Positions 42,053-59,219 of a stretch of 64,000 bases of DNA are shown here, one piece after another. Where the stretch lies: assembly GCF_009914755.1 (NCBI RefSeq), contig NC_060938.1; one strand, given 5' to 3'. The position numbers and the translations under genes were made by a program. Position 1 is the first letter of the stretch, and the number at the start of each line of letters is the position of its first letter. The notes under the pieces were generated by a model. The model did not search any database and was not told where the DNA came from. It saw only the letters and a list, made by a program, of their open reading frames with translations. This DNA is from the human T2T-CHM13v2.0 reference genome, Homo sapiens.

Positions 42053-42755
42053 TAATTTTTTTTTTTTTTTTTAGTAGAGACGGGGTTTCACCATGTTGGT
42101 TAGGCTGGTCTGGCATTCTTGACCTTCCTGCCTTGGCCTCCCACCAAGCCTGGCCCAGGAATCTACATTTTAAAAAATGTTTTAAAATTTTGTTTTGTCT
42201 TTTTTTTTTTTTTTTTCTTTAAAACAGGGTTTTACTGTGTTGCCCAGGCTAGAATGCAGTGGCGTGATCATGGCTCATTTCAGCCTCGAGACCTCCTAGG
42301 CTCAAGGGATCCTCCCACTTCAGCATTTTGAGTAGCTGGGACTTATAGGCGTAGGCTATCACTCCAGGCTAATGTTTAAATTTTTTGTAGAGATGGGGTC
42401 TCCCTTTTTTCTTCCCCAGGCTGGTCTTGAACTCCTAGGCCCAAACAGTCCTCCCATTGTGGCCTCCGGAAGTGCTGGGATTATAGGCATGAGTCACTGC
42501 CCCCAGCCAGGCACCTGCATTTTTTTTTTTTTTTTTGAGATGGAGTCTCTTTCTGTGGCCCAGACTGGAGTGCAGTGGCATAATCTCAGTTCACTGCAAC
42601 CTCCGCCTCCTGGGTTAAGTGATTCTCCTGCCCCTGCCTCCCGAGTAGCTGGGACTACAGGTGCACACCACCATGCCTGGCTAATTTTTGTATTTTTAGT
42701 AGAGACAAGGTTTCAGCATATTGGCCAGGCTGGTCTTGAACTCGTGACCTCGTGA

Positions 42756-43121
<366 letters not shown>

Positions 43122-43239
43122 TGAAATGGCATCCAGGCTAATATTTTTTCAGGTGTTCCTCTGATTATACTTTAGAAATACTAGATTAGGAAATGAAGGT
43201 TCCAAAGGGAAGAGCAATGGAATTATAAAAAAGGACTAT

Positions 43240-43875
43240 TGTGGTGTTATTATATATATTGGTTTTTGTCTGCTGTTCTTGGTTCATAACTCCCACAGCC
43301 CTTGTTACGGTTTTTTTTGGTGTGTGTTAGGCCTCCGGGCCAGGCCTTAGGAATCAGAATCTCTTTCCTGCCCTCCTCTCACCTGCCCCAAGGCAGGATC
43401 GTGGTCTTTCCCCACCTTTCTGATTGTGGATCTTAACCCTCCCTAGAGTAGGTTCTGCCCTATACACTGAGGGAAGGAATGCTGATATCATGAAGCTTCC
43501 ATAAAAACCCAAGAACCCAAGAGGGCTGATAGCTGAGCACTTGGAGATTTGCGGAGTGTGGTGCGCCTAGGGAAGTCCTGGAAGCTTCACGCCCTTTCCC
43601 TGTTAACTGACCCTGCACATCTGTTAATCAGTATTTTTTGCAGTCTCCTTTATAATAAGCCAGCAAACGTAAGTGTGTACCTGAGTTCTGTGAGTTGCTG
43701 CAGCAGCTTGATCGAACCCAAAGAAGGGGTTGTGGGAACCCCAGCTTGAAGCTGGTTGGTCAGAAGTTCCAGAGACCTGGACTTGTGACTGATGTTGTGG
43801 GGGGAAGTGGGGGATGCAGTCTTGGGGACTGGGCCCTCAACCCATGGGATCTGACACCATCTCCAGGTAGTAGAT

Positions 43876-43878
<3 letters not shown>
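43240..43878 (+). mobile_element. MER21-like LTR (partial)
   Basis: CCTGAGTTCTGTGAG, TCGAACCCAAAGAAGGGGTTGTGGGAACCCC and GGGATCTGACACCATCTCCAGGTAG. Confidence 0.75.

Positions 43879-43880
<2 letters not shown>

Positions 43881-43912
<32 letters not shown>
43881..43912. repeat. (AT)16 microsatellite
   Basis: Perfect AT run at the end of the MER21-like LTR. Confidence 0.9.
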
Positions 43913-43915
<3 letters not shown>

Positions 43916-43959
43916 AAAAATGTGGCTATATTATAAGGCATAAGTCAAAGTAGACTTTA

Positions 43960-44459
<500 letters not shown>

Positions 44460-44678
44460 TCATGGACTTTAGTCTGACATAAATTGCTCAGGAATTGAAG
44501 GGGAAGCACTCTGTTGGGTGCACTGGCCGCAAAGAGTGACTGTGCAGCCACCTGGTGGACTGAGCAGGTACAAGTAGGGTGGGGAAAGGTCACATTGACC
44601 AGGAGTATGAATTTGAACAGATCAAATCAGCAGGTAGGCATTAAGCCTCTAACTGTAAAAAACTCCACAGGACTGTGA

Positions 44679-44984
<306 letters not shown>

Positions 44985-45291
44985 TGATCTGCCCGCCTTG
45001 GCCTCCCAAAGTTCTGGGATTACAGGCGTGAGCCACCACGCTGGGCCTCAAGGGGTAGTCTTCTCTAACCAAAGTAAATGTTTTGAAAATCAACCATACA
45101 CAGAGGGCTCACCTGGCTGCTCCTGAGTAGCCGCCATTTTGGCTGTGGCCTGACCACTTTTGACCTGAGTGTAGTGGGCTAGTGATGCCTGTATGTGCAT
45201 TGTGGTATCATGATAGACACAGTAGCAATGGTTAACCTGCTCTTCTGCTTTGCTTCTAAAATAACATTCTTCCTCTCTCCTGATCCCTTAG

Positions 45292-45444
<153 letters not shown>

Positions 45445-45759
45445 TGATGCCTGGCTAATTTTTGTATTTTTCGTAGAGACGGGGTTTCGTCTTGTTGCCC
45501 AGGCTGGTCTGGAACTCCTGGACTCGAGTGATCTGCACACCTTGGCCTCCTAAAGTGTTGGTATTACAGACATAAGCCACCATGCTCAGCCTCTCTCTGC
45601 TTTTCTTGTCAGCATTTATACCAGCTCTGATATTCTATAGTGATCTATCTGTGTAAGCTCCAAGTGGGCAAGAACTTTGTTTTGTTCACTGTCTTTCCCC
45701 ATGTCTAGAACAGTGCCTGGCACTGTTGAAGGAAGGACTTTGAGGACTGACTTGCCCCA

Positions 45760-45930
45760 GGTACTATGCTAAGGATTTTATGTACATTATTTCATTTTAT
45801 CCCAACTACTTTTGAGGTAGGTATTATCCTGTTTTACAAACGAAGAAACTAAGGCTCAGTGAGATTAATGATCCAAGGTCATATAATCTAAGTGGTAGAG
45901 CTGGGATTTGAACTTCAGTTTGACTAACTA
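45760..45930 (-). mobile_element. MIR immediately upstream of the exon 2 acceptor
   Basis: MIR core TTTTACAAACGAAGAAACTAAGGCTCAGTGAG...AAGTGGTAGAGCTGGGATTTGAAC. Other MIRs lie near 2130, 4870, 16700, 18740, 38270 and 63400. Confidence 0.75.
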
Positions 45931-45988
45931 TGAAACTTTTAACTGCTATTCTTTCTCAACTTTCCTTTTTTCTGCAGGATCTGGCGAC

Positions 45989-46123
45989 ATGGCCAGAAAG
46001 GCTCTCAAGCTTGCTTCGTGGACCAGCATGGCTCTTGCTGCCTCTGGCATCTACTTCTACAGTAACAAGTACTTGGACCCTAATGACTTTGGCGCTGTCA
46101 GGGTGGGCAGAGCAGTTGCTACG
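45989..46123 (+). CDS. ADCK1: ADCK1 first coding exon (exon 2 spans 45978-46123; CDS from ATG 45989), residues 1-45
   Basis: Polypyrimidine tract plus tgcAG acceptor (AG 45976-45977), strong Kozak gacATGG, and donor ACG|GTAGGT at 46124. The 135 nt encode MARKALKLASWTSMALAASGIYFYSNKYLDPNDFGAVRVGRAVAT, which I recognise as the human ADCK1 N-terminus. Confidence 0.96.
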
Positions 46124-47341
46124 GTAGGTTTTCCCTTTTGGGGGTAGCAGAGAAGCTGCAGGATTACTTGCAGGTGTTCATACATGTAGCAGATAGACAT
46201 GCCTGCTATGCATATGTGGAGATACTTGTGTATCCTTACATGTGCAAAAGCTACATCTGCACAGGTGTACACATATGGATGTGTGTCCTCATATTCCTTT
46301 ATTCCTGAACACACAACCTCATATTCCTTTATTCCTGTACCTCAGGGGTTCCTGTGATCCTGAGGTAACATAGAATGGGACTGCACTGGGTCTGTGTTCT
46401 GAAGCCTTTACATTTTAGGTTCTGTATCTTATTTTAACAACACACCAAGAGGGGCCGTGCTCTTCAGTAAATGCATGTGCAAGGAGGACTTTACAGTTTT
46501 GATTAAATTCTACTAGAAAACTCAATCCCTCTCCAGTGAGCTAGGATGAATGGTTCCTGATGCAGGACTCATACCCAGATGGTCTAGCCCTCAGACAACT
46601 TTGAGGGATCCCCTCCAGTCTCCAAACTGACAGAGAACCTGAGTTGAATATTTTATGTTTAGAGGTTTTCTCCAGTGGCTCAACAGGAACGTCATCCTGG
46701 TGTGATCAGGTCCTCTTAATTCTGCTGACAACAACTCTCCCAGACATTCCTATAGAATTGTCCCATTGGTGGGTAGATGGCCACATGCCTCATGCTTGCT
46801 TTCCTCCTTTATCTGCTGCAGGATGAGCTCAAGCTTTCTTCCCCTTCACGTAGATTCAATCTGATGCACAGTCTATTGTGGTTGTCATCTCACCATCTCC
46901 CTAATACTCAGTGTTGTCAGGTGTCTTTTGAGCCCTGGCTCACAGGGGAGGGCACTGATGTGCCTGTCTTCAAGGCTGAGCTGAGTCGTAGAACCAATAC
47001 TGACAGATAGACTTTGGATAATCAGGCTACGGAACATAAAACAATTCCCAAGTGTTTACCGAATGCCTTTTTTTGGTCGAGCATTGTCTTACATGCTTTG
47101 AGGGGCAGAAACAAACTGTCCCACCTAGACCCAGCTACGAAGTAGCTTCTGGTTGAGGAATGCCTACATGAATAGGTTAAAAAACAATCTAAATCCATGC
47201 ATTGTGCCAAGGTGGGTGATTCAGATGCCCGCTACTATGTTCAGACACTAGAGTGAGTGCTGTGGCCTGGGAGTCAGGATTGGTATCCTAGGGGTAGCAG
47301 GTTTTATTTTATGATATATATATATATGTATATTTTTTTAA

Positions 47342-47485
<144 letters not shown>

Positions 47486-47646
47486 TGACACCACACCTGG
47501 CCAATTTCTCTATTTTTTTGTAGAGATAGGGTTTCACTATGTTGCCCAGGATTGTCTTAAACTCCTGGGCTCAAGCAATCTGCCCACCTTGGTCTCCCAA
47601 AGTGTTGGGATTATGGGTGTGAGCCATTGTGCCAGGCCAATTTTAC

Positions 47647-47674
<28 letters not shown>
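47647..47674 (+). repeat. (GT)n microsatellite in ADCK1 intron 2
   Basis: About 14 GT units. Confidence 0.88.
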
Positions 47675-47677
<3 letters not shown>

Positions 47678-48037
47678 CACACATATATGGTTGAGTAATG
47701 CCTACAGTAATAGGTTAAAAAACAATCCAAATCCATGCATCCAAATCCATATATATATATATTTATTATTATTATTTTTTTGAGACAGAGTCTTGCTCTG
47801 TCATCCAGGCTGGAGTGCAGTGGTGTGATCTCATCTCAGCTCACTGCAGCCTTCACCTCCTGGGTCCAAGTGAGCACATCTGGCTAATTTCTGTATTTTT
47901 AGTAGAGATGGGGTTATACCATGTTGGCCAGGCTGGTCTCGAACTCCTGACCTCAAGTGATCTGCCTGGCTTGGCCTCCCAAAGTGGTGGGATTACAGGT
48001 GTGAGCCACCACACCCGGCCTGTATATATATATTTTT

Positions 48038-48147
48038 AGACTAGTCAAGTGCAATAGTGAGAAGGGGAGAAAGAGCAGAGCAAGGAGTTTGATCTGTGAC
48101 TGACTGTGAACAATCAATTGAGATAACTCAATACCTTCAGGCCAGCC
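48038..48147 (-). pseudogene. Y RNA (RNY1-derived) processed pseudogene in ADCK1 intron 2
   Basis: The reverse complement reads GGCTGGCCTGAAGGTATTGAGTTATCTCAATTGATTGTTCACAGTCAGTCACAGATCAAACTCC...CACTATTGCACTTGACTAGTCT. That is about 9 substitutions from hY1 as recalled, followed by an A/TA-rich tail. Confidence 0.93.
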
Positions 48148-48603
48148 AGAAGCAGGTTTTAAATGGAATCTTAGAGATTTGAATAGTTGGAAAGGAGGGA
48201 GGCAGATATGGATCAGGAATGGAATCTTAGAGATTTGAATAGTTGGAAAGGAGGAGGAAGATACGCTTTATAAACCAGCCACAAAGCTGTCCATTTTTTA
48301 AAGGCCAGAGCTCTGGTCTGGATTGTCTTTGAACACTACTCAGTGACCAAGTCTTGCTTGTGGTTGGTGTCCAGCAAGCATATGTCGAATAGGATAAAGC
48401 TTTGTAGAGTGCAAAGGAAGAAACTCTTCTTAATATCAACTTTGTAAGTCCCTGAACTTCTAGGGTCCCAGTTACTCAATTCTATAAAGGAAGGTTTGGG
48501 GTAGATAATCCCTAAGGCCCTTCCATGCCTAGGATATCGTGGAGATTGGAATTTTCTGATTCACTCTGGATAAGGGAACACAGAATCAAGACTTATGCTA
48601 TTA

Positions 48604-48924
<321 letters not shown>

Positions 48925-49441
48925 CTATTAGAGCAAACATACATATAAAATAATGTTTATTTGTGATGTGGAGAAGTGGGCTAAGTTTATGTAACAACTT
49001 TATTCAAGTAGCTTTGATTGAGCATTTACTCAATGTGCCTGGCAGTGTAAAAGGTGCTGTGGTAAGTGATGGACAGGAAGGACAAGCCCCCGTGCTTCTA
49101 GAGCTTAGAGTTTAAGCTTATAGGAAGAGACAGTTCATAAACAAGGAGACAAATGAGCAAGGTAATGTTGGATGGTAGTTTGTTATGATAAATAATTGAA
49201 TGTTTCAGGTAAGAGGGGCAATTTTGGCGTGGGCCCCTGCAGAGGTGGCATTTGCACAGAGTCCTGAATAACAGGAGGAAGCTAGCTAGAATAAGATCCA
49301 GGGGCCAGGCATCTTAGGGGTGGGACTGGCCACTCCCCCAGACATAGCAGCTGTGTCAGGGACCTGTACTGCAAGGTTTGGGCAGAGTAGTAGTACTTAA
49401 TGTCCAGGTGCTAAGCTTTTCTCCACTGCCTTGGTTCACAG

Positions 49442-49525
49442 ACGGCTGTCATCAGTTACGACTACCTCACTTCCCTGAAGAGTGTCCCTTATGGCTCAGA
49501 GGAGTACTTGCAGCTGAGATCTAAG
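49442..49525 (+). CDS. ADCK1: ADCK1 exon 3, residues 46-73
   Basis: Acceptor ttggttcacAG (49440-49441) and donor AAG|GTAAGT at 49526. The 84-nt phase 0-0 exon encodes TAVISYDYLTSLKSVPYGSEEYLQLRSK, continuing exon 2 in frame and matching the recalled ADCK1 sequence. It is too short to appear in the ORF track. Confidence 0.95.
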
Positions 49526-50566
49526 GTAAGTAACCCATGGGACCCATCTGAGCCAGGCCAGGACTGGATAACCCTTGAACTGCTATGCTCTAGTGATCCT
49601 CCCACCTCACCCCCGCAAAGTGCTGGGATTAAAGGCATGAGCCACTGTGCCCGGCCTAGGATTGGATAAATCCTGAAGCAGCTGCCTAGCCACGAAGCTT
49701 CCTGTGTACAGCTGGAATTGGGCAGAGGGCAGTGTAGGGGATTGAGGCTGGGGGCATTGGCCACTGAGGGTTTGGAAGGAAGGAGAGGAGGACCACTTCC
49801 TCCTTCACACAGAGGTTTCAGTGCTTCTGAGGGGTGCTGTCAGACTGTCATCAAGCTGGATGCCATGGTACTGAGGTTATCAATTTGCAAGGTGCTGTGG
49901 GAGAGGCCAGTGTGTGTTTCTGGGGAGTACAAGGGTCTGGGATGACTCAGGAGGGATGTAGGCTCTGTCCCGCAGATAACTCAGCTGGCTTCTAAACTGT
50001 TTTGTCAGGCAAAACCCAGTTGAAAGAGGTTACTTGCTGTCCTATCCTCTGAGGCCTACTCTGGGGCCTCTCGTAGGCCTCTGAGTTGAGCTGTCAACCC
50101 CAAACTCTCTGTCGTCACTTGGAACAGGGTAGTTGATGTTGATATGTGTTTAGATATCCCGGAGACTTGGGAGATCAAACAAGAGGGCATTTTTTGTGGA
50201 TGTAGGTTGAGTTTGAGGTCAAGTGTAGATACCTTTGGCTCCTCCAGAGAGAGGTTTGTGATAGATTGGCATGTCTGTGCTCAGGCAGTCCTCTCAGCCA
50301 GGAATGCAAAGGAACCCCTTTGCCCCTTAGAAAAGTCCTCGTCATCCTTCTGGACTCAGCTCAAGCTCTCCTCTGTGATGCTTTTCTTCTGAGTTTTCCT
50401 ATGTGGATGGAATAATTAATTTCTAAATTTTTATTTAAACTTTTTATTATGACAATTTCAACCATCCACAAGAGTAGAGAGAACAGTAGAATGAACTCTG
50501 GTGGAACTGTCATATAGCTTCAGAAACTATCAACATTTTGCCCATCTTGTTAGTCATCTTTCCCCC

Positions 50567-50568
50567 CT

Positions 50569-50607
<39 letters not shown>

Positions 50608-50608
50608 T
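50567..50608 (+). repeat. (TTTA)n tetranucleotide repeat (Alu tail)
   Basis: About 10 TTTA units preceding a minus-strand Alu. Confidence 0.88.
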
Positions 50609-50956
50609 TCCATCACCCGGTCTGGGGTGCAGTGGTGCGATCTCGGCTCATTGCAACCTCCGTTTCCTGGATTCAAGTGATTCTCCTGCCTCAGCCTCCT
50701 GAGTGGCTGGGATTACATATGCACACCATCACACTTGGCTGATTTTTGTATTTTTAGTAGAAGCAGGGTTTAGCATGTTGTCCAGGCTGTCCTTGAACTC
50801 CTGACTTCAAGTAATCCACCTGCCTTGGCCTCCCAAAGTGCTGGGATTACAGGTGTGAGCCACTGTGCCAGGCCTGTTTCATTTATTTTTTTATTCATTC
50901 ATTTATTTGTTTATTTTTTGAGACAGAGTCTTACTCTTTGGCCCAGGCTGGAGTGA

Positions 50957-51181
<225 letters not shown>

Positions 51182-51376
51182 TGAGCCACCATGCCTGGCT
51201 TCATTCACTTAATTTTTTTCCCCAAAATATTTAAATGCAAATCTCAGGCATCACATTGTTTTATCTGTAAATACTTTAGTATATACCTGCAATAGATAAG
51301 GACCTTTAAAAAAATATAACCAGAAGACCATGATCATACCTAACAAAACTGACAATTCCTTAATAATCTCTAATAG

Positions 51377-51794
<418 letters not shown>

Positions 51795-52633
51795 TAGATA
51801 TATTAAGGTTGACATTTTCTACATCTTTAAAAGTCTATAACATTTCGTCGCTCTCCCTCTTTTTTGAGTTGTTTGTTGAAGAAACCAGATAATTTATCCT
51901 GTAGAATTTCCTACCTTCAGGATTTGGCTGATTACATCTTCAAAGTGTTATTTAATGGGAAATACATTCAAATAGTACATAAATCAAAATATACGGTATT
52001 TGAAACATACAAAATGACCCTCCTACCCTTGTTCCTCAGGTACCCAATTTTCTTGCCTGGAGGCAATTATTATTTCTTGTGCATTCTTCCAGAGATGTCT
52101 TCCTATTTGAATTTAATCATTTTATCTTTATTCTTGCCACAGACGATAGTTGGTTACATGCCTTTCTTTTTAGACTATCTGTTCCTTTAGATCAGGGATT
52201 GAGTCTTTGATTTTTCGATCTGTATCTCTAGCGATGATGCGTAGGCCTGTGTTGATTTAATGTCTGTTTCAATGCCAGCCTGTATCCTGCCACCTCCCTA
52301 CCTTTGGGGAGGTCCCAGACAGAGCACGAGGTTAATAGTTAGAAGACCCGAGTTTGTGACTTAGCTAAGCCGGCTTTGGGATATTCATTAGCCTTTTGGA
52401 GATGCCATTTGTCATTAGAGATGGTTATGCCACTTACTCAGGATTATGTAGATAATATCTCAGTGCCTTGTGAAATAGAAAGCAGGTATCAAAAACAAGT
52501 CAGATGTCTCCTACAAGGTATGTTCCATGAGGACAGAGACTTGGTCTGTGCTGTGAATCTCCATGTCTGCAGCATCCATCACCAGGATGTGACAGGTCCT
52601 GAATAAAGGTTTGTTGAACGAACGAGTGAATGA

Positions 52634-52839
<206 letters not shown>

Positions 52840-53698
52840 TAATTGCCCACTGCGCTTCCCTGCCCCTCTTTCTCCAGCTAACCGGTGCTATGGGCCTTGG
52901 CATCCACTGGTGTAACATTCTACGGAGAGCTTGCAGGCTCGGACACAGGGGCAAGGCCTCTGCTTTACGGAATCTGCAGAGGAGGCAGGCGATGGGTGTC
53001 AAAAAGACAGTTGCCTGTCACGTGTCACATGTAAGTCATCTGAAAGGCAGTGACACTGTAGCTCCTAGATAAGCTGACAGTTTTGGGGAATGCAGTAAGG
53101 AAAGTGCAGCCTGGCATTTGACAAGAGAACAGCACGTGGCGGCTGGCACCAGATAACAGGGTGTAGGCCCGTCTCTGGGAGTTGTGCCTGGGAAGGGGGA
53201 GCTGGCTGGCACTAAGAGCATGAGTAAATACCGCAGGAGTGTTTTCTTCCATTGGAGCGCTTATCCCTTCTCGTCAGTGTGGCTGATAAAGGAATGAGTG
53301 AAGGGTAAAACATAGTTATCTCAACTGTCAAGCCAGCATCTCCAGGTCTCAGAGTATGTCAGAGCCAGGAGGCTAGCTCGGCAGGCGGTGACTTCGAGCA
53401 CTTTCAAGGTTGGCGCAGGAAGGCTGGGATCTCAGTGACTCAGATCTGGAACCAGAGGGCTAAGAGCCAACGTGAAGTGTGTTCTAGAGGCATAGTGGCC
53501 CTTTGCTAGGCAGCCAAGGTGGTGGGGAGGGGCTCATGTGCTTTGGAGAACCAGATCCCTGGTGTTCAAGATGCTTATAAACTGAGATGTGTGTGAGCTG
53601 GCTTATTCATAAAGCATACAGAAGTCATTGCTGGTGTAGACATCCAGGAATGGGGCTGGAGGAGAGAAGATAGAGTTGATTCTGATGAGGGTTTGTGA

Positions 53699-54525
<827 letters not shown>

Positions 54526-54857
54526 TACTGTGGATTCTTGGAGAAGCATACTGGGGTTATTTTTTTTTCTTTTTCTTTTTTTCTATGGCCCTCAGTTTGC
54601 CACTTAAACATGCTGGGTCTTTTAAGCATAAATGGAGTTTTGATAGTCACAGGAGGGCCCGTAACTCAAGGGAAGAAATGAAATTCAAAAATTTTAGTGC
54701 CTAAGGAGGGTGCAGAGAGGTTTGGATGGTGCTGGGTAGAATTGGAGCCATTTTGGACCTGGAGCCAGGTCCCCTGGCACCTAGTCCTACTCCACTGCCA
54801 AGCACCTCTGCTTTTATTTTTTTAGTTTTTAAAAGGCTTTTTTTTTTTTTGAGCTAG

Positions 54858-55037
<180 letters not shown>

Positions 55038-55039
55038 TA

Positions 55040-55162
<123 letters not shown>

Positions 55163-55434
55163 TCACCATGTTGGCCAGTCTGGTCTTTAACTCCTTACCT
55201 CAGGTGATTCACCTGCCTTGGCTTCCCAGAGTGCTGGAATTACAGACGTAAGCCACCATGTTTGGCCAGCCTCTGCTTTTCTATCCACAAAATGATGGTG
55301 GTAGCCTTTGCCCCTGTTCCGTTTATAAGAATGGAAATGAGAAGCTTTGCTTAATTTAACATTGTGGATTATTTAAACCAGCCAGAGAGGAGATCCTGAG
55401 CATAGGGTTAGCCTTGATAGCTCCTTATCATTTT

Positions 55435-56750
<1,316 letters not shown>

Positions 56751-58982
56751 TCTCTTACACTCTAAAATAGTTAAGACCACTGAAGCATTCATGAGCAGAG
56801 ACAATGGTCTGAAATAGGTGAGGTTGAATGAGTTAAGTTGGTATGGGAGCTGAGTTTGGAAAGGTGGGTTGATGGAAACATGTAGCCTTGGGGACAAGGT
56901 GATTTTGGCTGAGCGTGATGGGTGAAATTTTGGGGGTTGTCTATAAGAAAAAGATTAATTCAATGTTACTGGAGACTAGGAGAGTGAAGGGGCATAGTGG
57001 CAAATAGGATTAGAGCTAGGTAACAGAGGGACTCAAGGCCAGGTTTTAAGCCATAGACAATAGGGAGCCATGGAAAATTCTCCAGTAAAGTTATTTATTA
57101 AGCCTTTGGTGATTGAGAATGCTTAAAGTTATTGCATCATTAAATTTTCTTTTTTTTTTTTAGACAGGGTCTCGCTCTGTTGCCCAGGCCAGAGTGCAGT
57201 GGTGCGATCTCCACTCACGGCAACCTCCGTTCACTGCAACCTCTGCTTCGCAGGTTCAAGCGATTCTCCCACCTCAGCCTCCCGAGTAGCTAGGACTACA
57301 GGCATGCGCCACCACACCCAAGTAATTTTTGTATTTTTTGGTACAGACAGGGTTTCCCCATCTTGACCAGGATGGTCTCGAACTCCTGACCTCAAATGAT
57401 CTGCCTGCCTTGGTCTCCCAAATTGCTGGGATTACAGGTATGAGCCACCGTGCCTCGCCAATTTTTTTTTAAATTAAATATGAGACAGAGTCTTGTCATG
57501 TTGCCCATGCTGGTCTCAAACTCCTGGGTACAAGTGATCCTCCCACCTCGGCCTCCTAAACTGCTGGGATTACAGGCGTGAGCTACTGTACCCAACCAGT
57601 TATTGAATTTTTTTTTTTAACACCAGTGCCACTTGCCAAAAATATTTTTTGAGCTTCTGTGTTGGACAGTGGGTAGAAGTGTGTGAACCTGCATGTTTAT
57701 ATGTGTCTGTGTGCTTATGAGAGAGAAAAAGAACAGGAACCTTTTCTTTTTTAAATCAGAGTTAAATGTCGGAGGTGACCTTGATTGCTACTTTGAGTGT
57801 GAAGTTTTTTTAGCTAAGCTCAAATTCTTGTTCCCAGGTAGGTCCCTGGGCTTCTGTGGTATCAGATGATTCAGGTCAGTAGTATGTGTTTGTTTGGTTA
57901 GTTACTATAGCGCCTAATATTTGGACTACAAGTAATGGTTAATATCTTCTTCCTTACCTGAGAAGCAGAGTCAGGGAGATGCAGGACCCTGCCAGGTGGT
58001 GATCAAAATTCATCAGCTTCATTACTGATAGACACAGGGCTGAGCATATAGTTTGGGGTCTGGAGGAGGTGGGCTTGCTGAACTTCACCCCTGAATTTGA
58101 GAGGCTTACCTACCCAGGCAGACATGGCTGGACAAGCCTCTCAGTTGGGGGACTGCCTCTTAGAGGAGGAAGGAGCTGAAAATCAATGCTTTGCAGATAA
58201 GCAGATCCCAAACAGAGAGGAGAGAGGAAGGGGTGAGCTGAGCAAACTCTGTTTCTTCTCCTAAATTCCTTAATCTGATTGGTGATTATCTCTCCCACAA
58301 GGAGTGAAGGAGTGGGACAGAGAGGTCAGGAGTGTTATGCATACTAGGGCTCCCTCCGCATGGTTGTGTGAAACATAGGGATAGAATGTTCTCCTGTAGT
58401 ACTGATTGTGGGAGGGGAGGTAGCTGTAAATTTGCTATAAGAACCATTTGTTTCTATCAAATTCTGCTAATCTTTACATCTAACTTTGCTTAGGAACATA
58501 GGGTGTTTTGGGTTGGAGTATGGGACAGCTATTTTGGCATTACTAAAATCTGCACTTAGAGGCAAGAGTCAGACACTGTCAACTTTTATTTTATTTATTT
58601 ATTTTTTGAGACAGGGTCTTGCTTTGTTGTCCAGGCTGAAGTGCAGTGGTGTGATCTCGGCTCACTGCAGCCTCGACCTCCTGGGCTCAAGCAGTCCTCT
58701 TGCCTTGGCCTCCCAAAGTGTTGGGATGGGATTACAGGTGTGAGCCACAATGCCCAGCCTCCTGCAACCTTTAGAACCATGGGATATGGTAGAGTGTTTT
58801 GGAGAAAAAGGGACTCAAATTTCTGGCCTGTGGATATTGGTTGGAGGGGCAGAGTAAGGGGCTAAGGTCGGGTGACAACTCTATAACTATTCCACTGCAC
58901 TTGAGAAAGACATCTTGGGCATCAGCAAGCTCAAGCCTCTAATGTACACATGTGGAAGTAGAGTTCTGTAAAGGTGATGTGA

Positions 58983-59219
<237 letters not shown>

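Noticed and set aside
45908-46147. 79-aa ORF as a stand-alone gene
   Set aside because: It is ADCK1 exon 2 read through its flanking intron sequence. The true coding part is 45989-46123.
46800-46925. Possible cryptic exon after the acceptor-like CTGCTGCAG at 46821
   Set aside because: There is no convincing donor nearby (CAG|GTGTCT is weak) and no other support.
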